NCBI GenBank assembly: GCA_963695855.1
Contig: CAVOHZ010000001.1
Span: 1 to 64,000, forward strand
DNA: 64,000 nt
Reading direction: 5' to 3'
From: an uncultured Nitrososphaerales archaeon
Lineage (GTDB): Archaea > Thermoproteota > Nitrososphaeria > Nitrososphaerales > Nitrososphaeraceae
Under the pieces are notes generated by a model that was not told the origin of the DNA, ran no database searches, and saw only the letters and a program-made list of their open reading frames with translations. Of the stretch, positions 20,605 to 31,521 are shown in pieces; position 1 is the first letter of the stretch, and each line of letters starts with the position of its first letter. Position numbers and translations under genes: made by a program.

Positions 20605-21050
20605 GATAGGATATTTTAAGTCAACACCTTGCCAATATTAAATTATTCCTTAACGCTATAATTATTTAAGGAAATACGAAAAATAAAACGTAACACAATT
20701 CACAATGTTATCAAATATCAAAATATTTTTCTAAGCAATAGTACAAAATCTTCCACATAATAAAAGACTTTCTGACAATTAAAACTAGCGATTCACTCAA
20801 TAGAATAGTTATACAATCATAATTATTATACCCAAAATAGATAGGCATCTGTGATGACAATTACAATAAAAGGAATAATAACAAGAAAAGAAGAACAAAG
20901 TTAAAGATATAGTTTCTGGAAAAAAAATTCTGATAACAGATAAAAATTGTTATGCCATAAGGGCATAAGCACTCTGCGTAGTTAATATCTATAAATGTCT
21001 TTTCGGGGGATAAAATATGTTCTTGGTTTCGGAATATACCATAAAAGGTA

Positions 21051-21497
21051 TTATTTACCACCAATCTCTATGTTAAAATGATCAAACAATGAACTGTTAG
21101 TAGAGATATCAATTCTAAATGGCGAATCATTACCTTTTTTACTTATATCCAAAATAGGAATCGTTTCATAAACTCCAATCAAATTATTGTTTTTGTCAAA
21201 GATAGTTGCTATTAGATGGATTTCACTGGATGTTTCATTTCCTATATTTTCAATTATCCCAAGAATTTCATAATTGTCTTCTATGTATTTACCCTTGTAT
21301 ACTGCAGTCATATTTGTAATTTTAAAATTCTCGCTTTCATAGCTTCCATATGGTACAGCAAAAATAGTAGGGGCATGAAAAATCAATATCATAAGAATTC
21401 CTAGAATAACAATCTTGAATGTCAATATTTTTCTAAAAAAGATAACGATATTTATCTCTTTATGATGTTTACAAGATATAAACACTTGATTCATCAT
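21051..21497 (-). CDS. Exported FxLYD-domain (Ig-like) protein
   Basis: Signal/TM segment, then GIIENIGNETSSEIHLIATIFDKNNNLIG...SPFRI. Confidence 0.75.
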   Translation of the reverse strand: MMNQVFISCKHHKEINIVIFFRKILTFKIVILGILMILIFHAPTIFAVPYGSYESENFKITNMTAVYKGKYIEDNYEILGIIENIGNETSSEIHLIATIFDKNNNLIGVYETIPILDISKKGNDSPFRIDISTNSSLFDHFNIEIGGK

Positions 21498-21751
21498 ATT
21501 TTTATATACGAATATAATTCAATTAGTTTTTAAAAATATTATTATTGATTTAAATACATATTTTATAGTATACTTATCTTATTAAATTAAAAGATAAACT
21601 GGAAAAAAATTAAAAATGATATCAAATATCAAGAATTATTATGTATTAAGTTGTTAGATACTAACATATCATTCAAAAACCTAAAACAATTCTTGTCTAA
21701 TATATCAACCAATAAACATTAATATAATCTTCACGTATTTTATTTAATAAG

Positions 21752-22465
21752 ATGGGTTTATTAGAAAGATTTACATCAATTTTTAAGGCAAAAGCTCATA
21801 ATATTGCTGAAAAATTTGAAGATCCTGAAGAACTTTTAAATTATTCTTTTGAGAAACAACACGAGCTGATAAACAAGTTAAGACAAGATATTACCCAAGT
21901 TGTAACTTCAAAGAAACGACTTGAGATGCAACGAGCAAAACTTGCTGCTAACATCGCCACTTTGGAAGATCAAGCTCGTCGCTCACTCAAATCTAACAGA
22001 GAGGACCTAGCGAAACTAGCATTAGAGAGAAAGAATATTATCACAATTCAGATAAACAACCTCGATAAACAGATAGAAGGAATACATAAAGACCAAGAAA
22101 AGTTAGAGGATGCTGAACGACGACTTACGACAAAAATTGATGAATTTAAAACCAGAAAAGAGATGATAAAAGCAGAATATTCTGCCGCAGAAGCACAGGT
22201 CAAGATAAAAGAAAATCTTTCCGGAATCTCTGAAGAGATGGGAGACATTGGGATGATTCTCAACAGGGTTGAAGAAAAGACTGACAGGATGAAGGCTAAA
22301 GCAGAAGCTCTTGACGAAATGATGGAGTCAGGAGTACTTACAGACTATACACAAACCTACGAGCCAAATGACTCAGATATCGAAAAAGAACTTAAGAAAG
22401 TGTCACTAGATAGTGCAGTTGAAGAAGAACTAGCGAAACTGAAGGCTGAAACAAATAATCCATAG
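21752..22465 (+). CDS. pspA: PspA/IM30 (Vipp1/ESCRT-III superfamily) protein
   Basis: MGLLERFTSIFKAK..EDPEELL, long coiled coil, REDLAKLALERK, VEEELAKLK. Confidence 0.92.
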   Translation: MGLLERFTSIFKAKAHNIAEKFEDPEELLNYSFEKQHELINKLRQDITQVVTSKKRLEMQRAKLAANIATLEDQARRSLKSNREDLAKLALERKNIITIQINNLDKQIEGIHKDQEKLEDAERRLTTKIDEFKTRKEMIKAEYSAAEAQVKIKENLSGISEEMGDIGMILNRVEEKTDRMKAKAEALDEMMESGVLTDYTQTYEPNDSDIEKELKKVSLDSAVEEELAKLKAETNNP

Positions 22466-22476
22466 ATTTCAGAGTA

Positions 22477-22818
22477 GTGATACTAATGTCTTCCGAAAGC
22501 GAAACTCAAATAGTCAGAATAACCAGTAAAGGTCAATTTAGAGTAAGCAACGAAATAATTAATGAAGTCAATACATTAGATAATGAGATAGTAGACTTGG
22601 TAAAAAAAATCAATAGCTCTGATGATGATTCCCTTGTTGATAACAAAAACGAAATACATAAAAAGATTGCAGATATGAATCAACTAGTAACTTCTAAAGG
22701 TAAAAAACTTGAAAGTTCTGAGATTTTTTCTTCTGATATTGTTATACCTGACGAAGATCTCACATTAGGCGACCTAAAAAAAATCTTTAAGGGCGAAGGA
22801 TTAATTCCAGAAAATTAA
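22477..22818 (+). CDS. PspA-associated protein PspAA-like
   Basis: IVRITSKGQFRV...SDIVIPDEDLTL...F.GEGLIP; immediately downstream of pspA. Confidence 0.8.
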   Translation: MILMSSESETQIVRITSKGQFRVSNEIINEVNTLDNEIVDLVKKINSSDDDSLVDNKNEIHKKIADMNQLVTSKGKKLESSEIFSSDIVIPDEDLTLGDLKKIFKGEGLIPEN

Positions 22819-22982
22819 AGGGAATACATACCTACCTAAATTTTTTGTCTACTTAGCAGTTCTATTTTTCTATTGATCTGATTTCTGAAGGTTTTTTATA
22901 TATTCACTTTCTTATGAAGACATCCGTTATATTTTCTTGTCTATAGTTATATAATCAAAATTATACCAGATATTTTTGGTTT

Positions 22983-23696
22983 TTAGAATGGTATATTCCA
23001 TATAGGATACCATTGAGAATAGTCCTCTTCAAATGGTATTTCCTTTGAAATCTTGTTCATAATTTTCATTTCTGTCTGGTTATCTCTCTTTTTTTTTTCA
23101 TACTGAGATGTCATACCCGTAGGAACAAAAGGATAGAATTTGTCACGCTTATAATTATAGATAAGATATTGATTACTTTTATTATTAATTTTTATATCTT
23201 CAACGTCACCCGCGGCTTCCTGACCGTTACGATTTTCATATCCACTCGTGAACTCAAAAACGGCAGCTAGTAATTGTCGAGAGAATCCCTTTTCATGAAT
23301 AGTATCGCCAACAGCATTAATTCCTGCTACTAAATCTTCTATTTTTTGTCCATTTAATATAAACCAGAGATAATTATATTCATCAAGCAAAGAGTTAAAG
23401 GAAAAGGACAGATTTTCATTCTTTTTTTCATTAGAAGCTATCCCGAGAAAATTTTCAACATATTTCTTCATATCGGTAAATGACTCTAGATTTACATCTT
23501 TGACACATATTCCACACCTTCCTGTACTTTTTATACCAAGCTCATCCTCTAATTTTAGAGATGCAGAAGATAAGGATGAGATAGAATCACTATCTATGTA
23601 AGAATTACTTATTTTGTCTTTTCTCTGATCGCTATCATACTGGCTACCTTTTATCATCTTTGTAAAAAATATCTTTATTTTGCGGAAAAAATTCAT
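22983..23696 (-). CDS. PspA-associated protein PspAB-like
   Basis: DEYNYLW, GFSRQLLAAVFEF, YLIYNYKRDKFYPFVP, WYPIW. Confidence 0.78.
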   Translation of the reverse strand: MNFFRKIKIFFTKMIKGSQYDSDQRKDKISNSYIDSDSISSLSSASLKLEDELGIKSTGRCGICVKDVNLESFTDMKKYVENFLGIASNEKKNENLSFSFNSLLDEYNYLWFILNGQKIEDLVAGINAVGDTIHEKGFSRQLLAAVFEFTSGYENRNGQEAAGDVEDIKINNKSNQYLIYNYKRDKFYPFVPTGMTSQYEKKKRDNQTEMKIMNKISKEIPFEEDYSQWYPIWNIPF

Positions 23697-24276
23697 TAGT
23701 TTTGTATTAACACCTGCTCTATGTGAACTTATCTTTTATTACCTCGATCTCCCAGTATATAAAACTACCGTTGCATTTGTAACCTTAAGGTCTTTCATCA
23801 AACACTAAATCTAGACCATTCTGAAATGTTCAAGGCGTTTAGCGTTCGTGTCAATCTTTATATTTTCGTCAAATCAGCCAAAATAGAAGTTGACATTGAG
23901 ATATACAAGATATGCTTTAATTCATTGAGGCGAAACCCAGAATATGAAAAGATCTTTAGATACTCATGAGAAACAAAAATTTCGCTTTCTCTATATCTGT
24001 TTTTAATTTAGGTTAAAACCTTCATTAAATAATCATAATCTAATGGGATTAGAGACTATGCCCAGGGAATTTTTTCGCAAACGTAAATGTGATTGTAAAA
24101 TATTTCGTGCAAATCCAAATATTTGTATGGGTTATATGTCGGAAAAAAAATTGTGCGCTGTCAAGGGATTCGATTTTTTAAAGAAAGGTTAAACTCGTGA
24201 TTGGCATTTAATAAAAAATTTTTGGGAATTCAAATAACGAGTCCTAACTGAATACCATACGACAGAAGAGTTCAAG

Positions 24277-25584
24277 TTATGAAAGTAGTTCACACAAACT
24301 CTTAGGCATAATCTTTAAACATTCTGAATACATATCTTTATTTGGAGAAGGTGGTTGTGAATCATCGAACAATTCTATACCAGATGATCTAGAAATATCC
24401 TGGTGAGTTGGTCTAGCGGTCAGCTGTAACTCGACATTAACAAATTTCTTGTCGCGGATTAAGGTTAAAATAACTTTGTCGCCCACTTTTTTCTCTTTTT
24501 CTAAATGAGTGAGTATATCATCTATTTTTCTAACCGGTTTTCCATCTATTCCAACAATTATATCTCCTTGAGCATCTATAAACTCCCCCCTGTTATTGTA
24601 AGATATAGTACCTTCACGCAGTCCCGACTTTTCTGCTGGACTACCTTGACTTATATCAGTAACTAGAAATCCGATCGTCTTTTCTAATCCAAACAGTTTT
24701 GCTAATTCAGGGGTAACGTCCATACCTATCACTCCAAGATATGGATGAGAATATTTTCCTGTTGCTATTATGGATTGAGTCACTTTCTTGACAATGTCAG
24801 ATGGAACTGCAAATCCGATGCCCGAATACGAACCTGTATTTGAAAATATTGCAGAGTTAACTCCAATTACTTCCCCCTTTAAATTCAGAAGAGGTCCTCC
24901 CGAATTACCGGGATTTATGGCAGCATCTGTTTGTATCACATCAGGAATATTGAATGTAGTTTGTTGTGATGGTCCAAAAGGAGGCCCACTGCTATTTTCT
25001 TCCGACGATGGAAGTAATCTACCCAAACCACTTACTACACCTACAGTAAGGGATCCTGAAAGTCCAAACGGATTTCCAATCGCAACGACCGTATTTCCGA
25101 CTTTTAGAGTAGATGAATTTCCTAATGGAAGCGGTATTAAATCAGAGGGAGAAGTATTAGAAATCTTTATAACAGCTAGATCGCTAAACTGGTCCTTTCC
25201 TACAATTTCTGCATTATATGTATTTCCGTTCGCGAAGGTGACAATATATTTAGCAAATTTTTGATCAATGGGAACAACGTGATTATTTGTTATTATATGT
25301 CCTTTTTTGTCGAAAACAAAACCAGAACCTAACCCTTGTTCTAATCCCGAGGATGGATCAATAATTGTAATCTGAACAACAGAGTTGGATGCACGAGTAA
25401 ATATCTCTTCAGGAGTTAAATCTAAAATATCTGTTGATTTTTCAAGTGACTTTGATATTTCTTGACCAAAGATTGGTTTATAATAATATATTGGTTCCAG
25501 AAATGCTAGCAAGCTAATTAGAAAAGTAATAGAAAAAATTATCAAGAAAACCCTAATATTCATGTAGTAATAGTTTTTGTACAT
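24277..25584 (-). CDS. htrA: HtrA/DegP-family serine protease with PDZ domain
   Basis: GSGFV, TNNHVV, SDLAVIK, IQTDAAINPGNSGGPL, PYLGV PDZ; N-terminal TM. Confidence 0.93.
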   Translation of the reverse strand: MYKNYYYMNIRVFLIIFSITFLISLLAFLEPIYYYKPIFGQEISKSLEKSTDILDLTPEEIFTRASNSVVQITIIDPSSGLEQGLGSGFVFDKKGHIITNNHVVPIDQKFAKYIVTFANGNTYNAEIVGKDQFSDLAVIKISNTSPSDLIPLPLGNSSTLKVGNTVVAIGNPFGLSGSLTVGVVSGLGRLLPSSEENSSGPPFGPSQQTTFNIPDVIQTDAAINPGNSGGPLLNLKGEVIGVNSAIFSNTGSYSGIGFAVPSDIVKKVTQSIIATGKYSHPYLGVIGMDVTPELAKLFGLEKTIGFLVTDISQGSPAEKSGLREGTISYNNRGEFIDAQGDIIVGIDGKPVRKIDDILTHLEKEKKVGDKVILTLIRDKKFVNVELQLTARPTHQDISRSSGIELFDDSQPPSPNKDMYSECLKIMPKSLCELLS

Positions 25585-26268
25585 TTATATATATGTGTTA
25601 TGAGAAGGATAGGTGCCTGGAATAGGTACAAAAAATATATTTATTTTTTTCAATATTAAGAACGGCAATATTTTCGTATTGGATATATTTAGAAAAAGTA
25701 TAATTTCTTAAGTCGAATAAATTGAGAGGCATATAACATTATGAGCAGTACGTTTTCAGAGACATATCCAGGTTAACTGGTTTTGGTAGGACGATGAAAA
25801 CTCTGAAAGTAATAATATATAGCTTCAGAGGAGGTTACTTCTATCCAGAGGTTTTATATAGAATACCATATAAAAAATAAAAAACGTCGAAATGATTTTA
25901 AAATTGTACTGATTGTAAGTAAGGAAAAAATCAGTTCATATTCACGCAATGATAAATGTAGTAAGTATATCAGATGATGGTCAAGATAAAGTATTTTAAG
26001 ATGATAGAAATAACGACATAACAAAAATGCGTGAACTAATAGACCAAGAAAAAAAGGATTATGCTGCTAATATTATAGTATTGTTACTTGGAAAAAGGCT
26101 AAGAGGATAAAGACCAAATAAATATCGGTAACAGCATGAGTCTATTGTTAATACCAACTTTGTTTTGGACCAGTGAGAAAAATAAATAAACGAAAAAATT
26201 GTATTTATTAATTTAGTGAAGTATGATATTTCTAAAGTATAGATTTAAAAAATAAAAATGAAAAAAAA

Positions 26269-26661
26269 TTATCGAGATCTTCTAGACATGTCTCTCAATG
26301 CTTCAAACAACTCGTTTTCATCTAATCCATCTGCCAGATTAATATTGGTATTTTGTTTGACAGCGTCTAATACTTGATCCGCAAAGTCATCCAATTTATC
26401 TATATCTTTTATATTAGTTACTTCAGATAACTTTTTTAATAAATCATAACGATTGAAGTTTTCTTGGGTTGTTGTAAATGCTCTTCTCTGATTGTCATCA
26501 AATTGGTCAGTGATATTCTTGGGCAATGAATGTAACAGTCCTGATGCAGCCTTGGGAGTTGATTTTTGAACGAACATTTTTGATGCTGCATTCACTGCGA
26601 GATTAGCTATCGAGGGATCGATTCCAAATGATTTTGCAAACGTTCCTATTAAACTATCCAT
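26269..26661 (-). CDS. Hypothetical helical protein (paralog A)
   Basis: Intact 130-aa ORF homologous to 26921-27318. Confidence 0.75.
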   Translation of the reverse strand: MDSLIGTFAKSFGIDPSIANLAVNAASKMFVQKSTPKAASGLLHSLPKNITDQFDDNQRRAFTTTQENFNRYDLLKKLSEVTNIKDIDKLDDFADQVLDAVKQNTNINLADGLDENELFEALRDMSRRSR

Positions 26662-27114
26662 ATCAAAATTTTACATTGCTTACTAATGAACTTTACTAGA
26701 ATTTGCGTGAATGAAGAGATTTCGTGTATTCAAAATTGCATCAATTAACTAATTTGAATTATTATTATCCTACAAACTCGTTATCCTTCTAATGTCCAAG
26801 AGAAACTGGTCTACATATAGTGAATCCCTCGTGCAACGTGATCATATTCTGATGTATATTGGGTTTAAGCAGTCTTTTCTCCCTCGAAATACTTATTAAT
26901 GTATATATTTTTAAAAGTTTATGAACAGTATAATTAGTAATTTAGCAGAATCATTAGGGATCGGCCCTGACGTGGCTAAATTTGCTATAGATGCTACAAC
27001 AAAAATATTCCTTCAAAAATCAACTCCCAAGGCTGCATCAGGACTGTTACATTCATTGCCCAAGAATATCACTGACCAATTTGATGACAATCAGAGAAGA
27101 GCATTTACAACAAC
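26468..27114. repeat. Perfect 103-bp inverted repeat (26468-26570 and 27012-27114)
   Basis: Both arms encode QKSTPKAASGLLHSLPKNITDQFDDNQRRAFTT with identical DNA. Confidence 0.9.
26792..26866 (+). mobile_element. Remnant 5' end of an IS5 transposase
   Basis: Translates as MSKRNWSTYSESLVQRDHILMYIGF, similar to NWRNYNESLVKRGEVLLDFD of the 3499 element. Confidence 0.65.
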
Positions 27115-27318
27115 TCATGAAGAGATTACGCGTGATGATTTGTTAAGAAAATTGTCTCAACAGGCATTAAAGAAATTGATAAATTGGATGAATTGGCTGA
27201 TCAAACGTTAGATGCCTTGAGACAAAATGCCAATACTAATGGAAAGACAGATGATGATCGAGAAGAGTTATTTGCCGCTATCAAGGACCTTTATAGAGGA
27301 AAATCTCATATATCTTAA
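26921..27318 (+). pseudogene. Paralog B of 26269-26661, frameshifted
   Basis: Frameshift near 27160; the alternate frame continues TGIKEIDKLDELADQTLDALRQN...ELFAAIKDL to TAA at 27318, matching paralog A. Confidence 0.8.
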
Positions 27319-27448
27319 ATAAATAATTAAATTAATAGAATTTATAGGAGATTTATTTAATTTATTTTTTTTAAAGCGCATCAAATTTTTTTTCAATTTT
27401 TAAAATTCCTATTTTAAAATATGGAGAATTACGGCTTTGTCTACGGGA

Positions 27449-28240
27449 TCATTTTAAGAATCCAAATATGTTGGAAGAAGGATCTTCTGTTCCATTATCC
27501 TGATCTTCTCGGCTACCTTGTTTAGCTACTAAATCAGTATTTAGATTTTTCAATTCAGATGTTTTTTGTTGGTCTAGGGTATTGGTGACTTTTGATTCTG
27601 ACTTACTGGAATTGTTTATGATTTCACAATCCTTATTCGGGATGACATCACCTTCTGTCTGATTAAAATCAATGATTGTGTCCCCTCCATTATTGCAAAT
27701 AAATTTATCTTGTCCTGGACCTCCAATCAATGTATCATTACCGCTGCCTCCCACTAATACGTCATTACCCTTGTCTCCAAATAATTTATCATTTCCTTTT
27801 CCACCATCTAGATGATCGTCACCAGTTTTTCCACGTAAGAAGTCTCTTCCATCTCCTCCATAAATCACATCAGATCCGTTTCCACCACTTACGTCGTCGC
27901 CTGCTTCTATCCCATAGAGAGTATCATTTCCTCCAAGTCCTTTAATAGTATCCTGATTAATGGTACCAGTAATATTATCTGCGTTCTCTGTTCCGTTTAT
28001 CTCTTCAGGGAATATCAATCTAAAGAAATCAGTATAACTTTTCGGATGTTTTTGACCATAATCTTCTGTTTCAATATCTGGTAGGAAAAAAAGTGTAAAT
28101 GAGATAGAAATCCCAACCAAAATGCTGAAAAAAAATCGTAACTCACCAGTTTGAAATAAATTCGATCTACGTGATCTTGATGTTAAAAAAATTTTAAAAG
28201 AATCTTCACGATTTACTTGTTTCTTTCTTTCTTTTTTCAT
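27449..28240 (-). CDS. Membrane-anchored RTX/hemolysin-type calcium-binding repeat protein
   Basis: One TM helix followed by about 10 GGxGxDxLx nonapeptides and DTIIDFN. Confidence 0.88.
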   Translation of the reverse strand: MKKERKKQVNREDSFKIFLTSRSRRSNLFQTGELRFFFSILVGISISFTLFFLPDIETEDYGQKHPKSYTDFFRLIFPEEINGTENADNITGTINQDTIKGLGGNDTLYGIEAGDDVSGGNGSDVIYGGDGRDFLRGKTGDDHLDGGKGNDKLFGDKGNDVLVGGSGNDTLIGGPGQDKFICNNGGDTIIDFNQTEGDVIPNKDCEIINNSSKSESKVTNTLDQQKTSELKNLNTDLVAKQGSREDQDNGTEDPSSNIFGFLK

Positions 28241-28351
28241 AAGTTACATCTTTGGGACAACGCTATTTTAATTAAGAGATTATTTCTTTATCTAGAAAAA
28301 TACCGGGTAGTGACTTTTAGATTTAAATTATCCTTTTCAAATACATCTACT

Positions 28352-28675
28352 ATGTCTGAAGAAGCACATGAAAATGTTACGGAAACACAACCCAACCAAG
28401 TTCAATTGAGAGATGCAATATACATTGGTAAAAAACCATTAATGGCATACGTTACATCAACATTAATTCAACTCGCGAACCAACCTATAGTAACAATAAA
28501 GGCAAGAGGATTGAGTATAGGAAGAGCAGTAGACGTATCTCAAATCATACTTAAGAGAATGGAAAACGCTGGTTATGTGATAGGAGATGTGAAGATTGGT
28601 TCTGAAACCGTACAATCTGAAGACGGAAGAACTAGAAATGTCTCAACCATAGAAATAGAAGTCAAAAGGACATAA
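28352..28675 (+). CDS. albA: DNA/RNA-binding protein Alba
   Basis: IYIGKKPLMAYV, IKARGLSIGRAVDV, RNVSTIEI; start taken at MSEEAH. Confidence 0.95.
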   Translation: MSEEAHENVTETQPNQVQLRDAIYIGKKPLMAYVTSTLIQLANQPIVTIKARGLSIGRAVDVSQIILKRMENAGYVIGDVKIGSETVQSEDGRTRNVSTIEIEVKRT

Positions 28676-28786
28676 GATAGCCAATAGTTAGTTAATTAGT
28701 TAGTTAATAAAACTAACATCAATTTTTGGATTTTGGATCAGTCTTTATATCTTTTCAGTTTTTATTGTGATTTGAAAATGATTTAA

Positions 28787-29467
28787 ATGGATAAAATTGC
28801 AGCACTGTACCTTGCGCATCTTAACCCTTTTACAAAAGCTCATGAGGAAATAATAAACAGGCTGAAAAAAAAATATACGGTATATATCTTCCCCGTGAGA
28901 TTTTTATTAAATGGCAAAGAAATCAACACTAGAAGTTTTCCTTTTTCGTATGAGTTAAGAAAATTCATGATCAGGGAGGTATTTCCTAATGATACTAATA
29001 TTGTTATATCTCCAAATTATACTTTTTACTCACCATTCATTAAATATTTTCCACCAATTTTCTCACCCTATTCGTGGAAGATAAGAGAACAAGTAGTAAA
29101 TACAATCTCTGAAAAGAACTTTATCTCATATACAGGTGACCCTGTGGAACGATATTTACTTAGAGTATATAGATTCAATCCAATCAAAGCAAAGAGGCTC
29201 CCTATTTCTGCGAGCCATATCAAGGAGCTAATCTATAAAGAAGCTACTGGCGTCAGATCCAGAAACAAGAATACTGCCAGAAACAAGAATACTGAAAGCA
29301 GCAAAAGAGAAAATCTGAACGAACGTGAAATGTGGGAAGAGGAAGTACCAACTAGGGTAGTGAAGATAATCAAAGAAAATTGGAGTGTTATCGACAAGTA
29401 TGCAACTGCACAGGATGAAACAATAAAAATATTAGGAGTAAAATTTCCGAGGAGAGGTTTTTTTTAG
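28787..29467 (+). CDS. Cytidylyltransferase-like (HIGH-superfamily) nucleotidyltransferase
   Basis: LAHLNPFTKAH, PFSYELR, ISASHIK, WEEEVP; short duplicated insert RNKNT.RNKNT. Confidence 0.75.
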   Translation: MDKIAALYLAHLNPFTKAHEEIINRLKKKYTVYIFPVRFLLNGKEINTRSFPFSYELRKFMIREVFPNDTNIVISPNYTFYSPFIKYFPPIFSPYSWKIREQVVNTISEKNFISYTGDPVERYLLRVYRFNPIKAKRLPISASHIKELIYKEATGVRSRNKNTARNKNTESSKRENLNEREMWEEEVPTRVVKIIKENWSVIDKYATAQDETIKILGVKFPRRGFF

Positions 29468-29514
29468 CATACTAAATAAACCTTTATTAATTCTCTAATT
29501 TACGTTTCTTAAAT

Positions 29515-30438
29515 ATGAAAACTAAAGGAGCTCAGTATGTGTGGCTTAATGGAGAGTTTGTTGAATGGGATAAGGCCCAAGTTCCAATAACAACTCATGC
29601 ATTACATTACGGAACTTCCGTTTTTGAGGGGATTAGAGCTTATAGTTCTAAAGACAATCTATATATTTTTAAATTAAAAGAACATGTAGAAAGGGTATTT
29701 CAGTCTGCTTCAATCTATTCAATCACTATTAATCATTCTATAGAAGAGGTAATGAATGGAATAGTAGAATTACTTCAAAAATGTAACATGAGACAATCTT
29801 GTTATATTAGACCAATTACGTTTGTAGGAACGCATGGTATAGATCTTAATGTAAACGTGAGATCTCCGACTCATACTGTAATCATAGTTTTTCCATTTGA
29901 TAAATACTTTAGTGCTGAAGGGATCAAAGTAGGAATTTCTTCTTGGAGAAGAATCCATGATTCTTCCACACCACCGATAGCAAAGGCAGGAGGAAATTAT
30001 CTGAATTCGGTATTGGCAACACAAGAATGCAAGAGAAATGGATATGACGAAGCAATAATGTTAGATAGAGAAGGAAATGTAAGCGAGGCTCCAGGGGAGA
30101 ATATATTTATTCTTAGAAACAACGTCATTCATACTCCCGATATGTCTTCATCAATCTTGGAAGGCATAACAAGGGATACTGTCATAACACTAGCAAGAGA
30201 TCTAGGTTATGAAATAGTACAAAGACCTATATCCCGTACTGAACTATATATTGCGGATGAAATCTTTCTCACAGGAACAGCGGCAGAGATAGTAGGCGTA
30301 ATAAGCGTAGATGGGAAGGAAATTAGCAAAGGTAAAGAAGGACAGATAACAAGGTCAATACGGGATTTATACCAAAAGATAGTTTCAGCAAGTAGTCCAA
30401 ACGAAAAGTACCGTCAATGGGTCACACCAGTATGGTAA
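29515..30438 (+). CDS. ilvE: Branched-chain amino acid aminotransferase
   Basis: HALHYGTSVFEGIRAY, AKAGGNY, EAPGENIF, ILEGITR, FLTGTAAEI. Confidence 0.95.
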   Translation: MKTKGAQYVWLNGEFVEWDKAQVPITTHALHYGTSVFEGIRAYSSKDNLYIFKLKEHVERVFQSASIYSITINHSIEEVMNGIVELLQKCNMRQSCYIRPITFVGTHGIDLNVNVRSPTHTVIIVFPFDKYFSAEGIKVGISSWRRIHDSSTPPIAKAGGNYLNSVLATQECKRNGYDEAIMLDREGNVSEAPGENIFILRNNVIHTPDMSSSILEGITRDTVITLARDLGYEIVQRPISRTELYIADEIFLTGTAAEIVGVISVDGKEISKGKEGQITRSIRDLYQKIVSASSPNEKYRQWVTPVW

Positions 30439-30507
30439 TAAGATTTACAAATGACAAGATAAAAGGAAGAAAACATATTTCAGAAAAATAAAAAAATAGA
30501 TACCATA

Positions 30508-31521
30508 ATGACACTCACGGAGGAAAAATCAATAGGTCTACCAAAGAAAAAGACAGAAGAGAAAGCAAGGATAGCAATTATAGGAGTTGGAGGATGGGGA
30601 AAAAATCATGTTAGAGTCCTTCATGATATCGGGGTACTAAGAAGTATTTGCGATACCGATATTAATAGAGCAAAGCTTCTCGCTGAAAAATATGATGTTA
30701 ATTACTTTGACTCAGTCGAAGATATGATAAATTCTGAAAAATTGGATGGATGTCTTGTCTGCACACCCACAAAAACACATCATATTGTTTCAAAAAAATT
30801 AATGGAGAATAAGATAAATGTATTCGTTGAAAAACCCCTGTCCTACTCGTTTAAGGAATGTGAAGAGATGATAGAAACTGCAAAAAAAAATAAAGTAATT
30901 CTGACCTGTGGATATATTGAAAGATTCAATCCCGCAGTACAAGACGTGAAAAAAATACTCGTAGAAAAAACTTATGGTGATTTATTAATGATGGAATTTC
31001 ATAGGGAAAACAGAATGCCATTACATATCAAGGATGTAGGAATAATCTACGACACATCAGTACATGACATCGATACTGCAATATACCTTTTCGGAATGAA
31101 ACCGCATGTTGTCTTCGCTCGTTCTGGAAAAATATTTCATTCATTTGAGGACTTTTCAACAATAATTCTTGGCTTTGGGATTGATAAAGTTGCAGTAATA
31201 TCATCTAACTGGATTACACCCAAAAAAGTTAGAAAATTTAGTGCTGTTTGTACTGATGGGATAATTAATGGCGATTTCATAAAACAGGAGATAACAATCG
31301 AAGACGAAAGATCCTCCATTACCCCAAGAAGATTAAATCTTGTTGAACCTCTTTCACTGGAATTAAATAGTTTTGTTAATGTAATAGAGGGAAGGAAAAA
31401 TGAGCCTGAGGTTTCTCCAATGGAAGCAGCAAATGTAACAAAAATAGCTGAAGCTGCAATTTTATCCAGTAAAACTGGAGCACCAATATATTTGAATTTG
31501 GAGAATGGTAGACACAGATGA
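30508..31521 (+). CDS. Gfo/Idh/MocA oxidoreductase (WbpB-like nucleotide-sugar 3-dehydrogenase)
   Basis: IGVGGWGKNH, VFVEKP, GYIERFNPAV, DTSVHDID. Confidence 0.88.
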   Translation: MTLTEEKSIGLPKKKTEEKARIAIIGVGGWGKNHVRVLHDIGVLRSICDTDINRAKLLAEKYDVNYFDSVEDMINSEKLDGCLVCTPTKTHHIVSKKLMENKINVFVEKPLSYSFKECEEMIETAKKNKVILTCGYIERFNPAVQDVKKILVEKTYGDLLMMEFHRENRMPLHIKDVGIIYDTSVHDIDTAIYLFGMKPHVVFARSGKIFHSFEDFSTIILGFGIDKVAVISSNWITPKKVRKFSAVCTDGIINGDFIKQEITIEDERSSITPRRLNLVEPLSLELNSFVNVIEGRKNEPEVSPMEAANVTKIAEAAILSSKTGAPIYLNLENGRHR

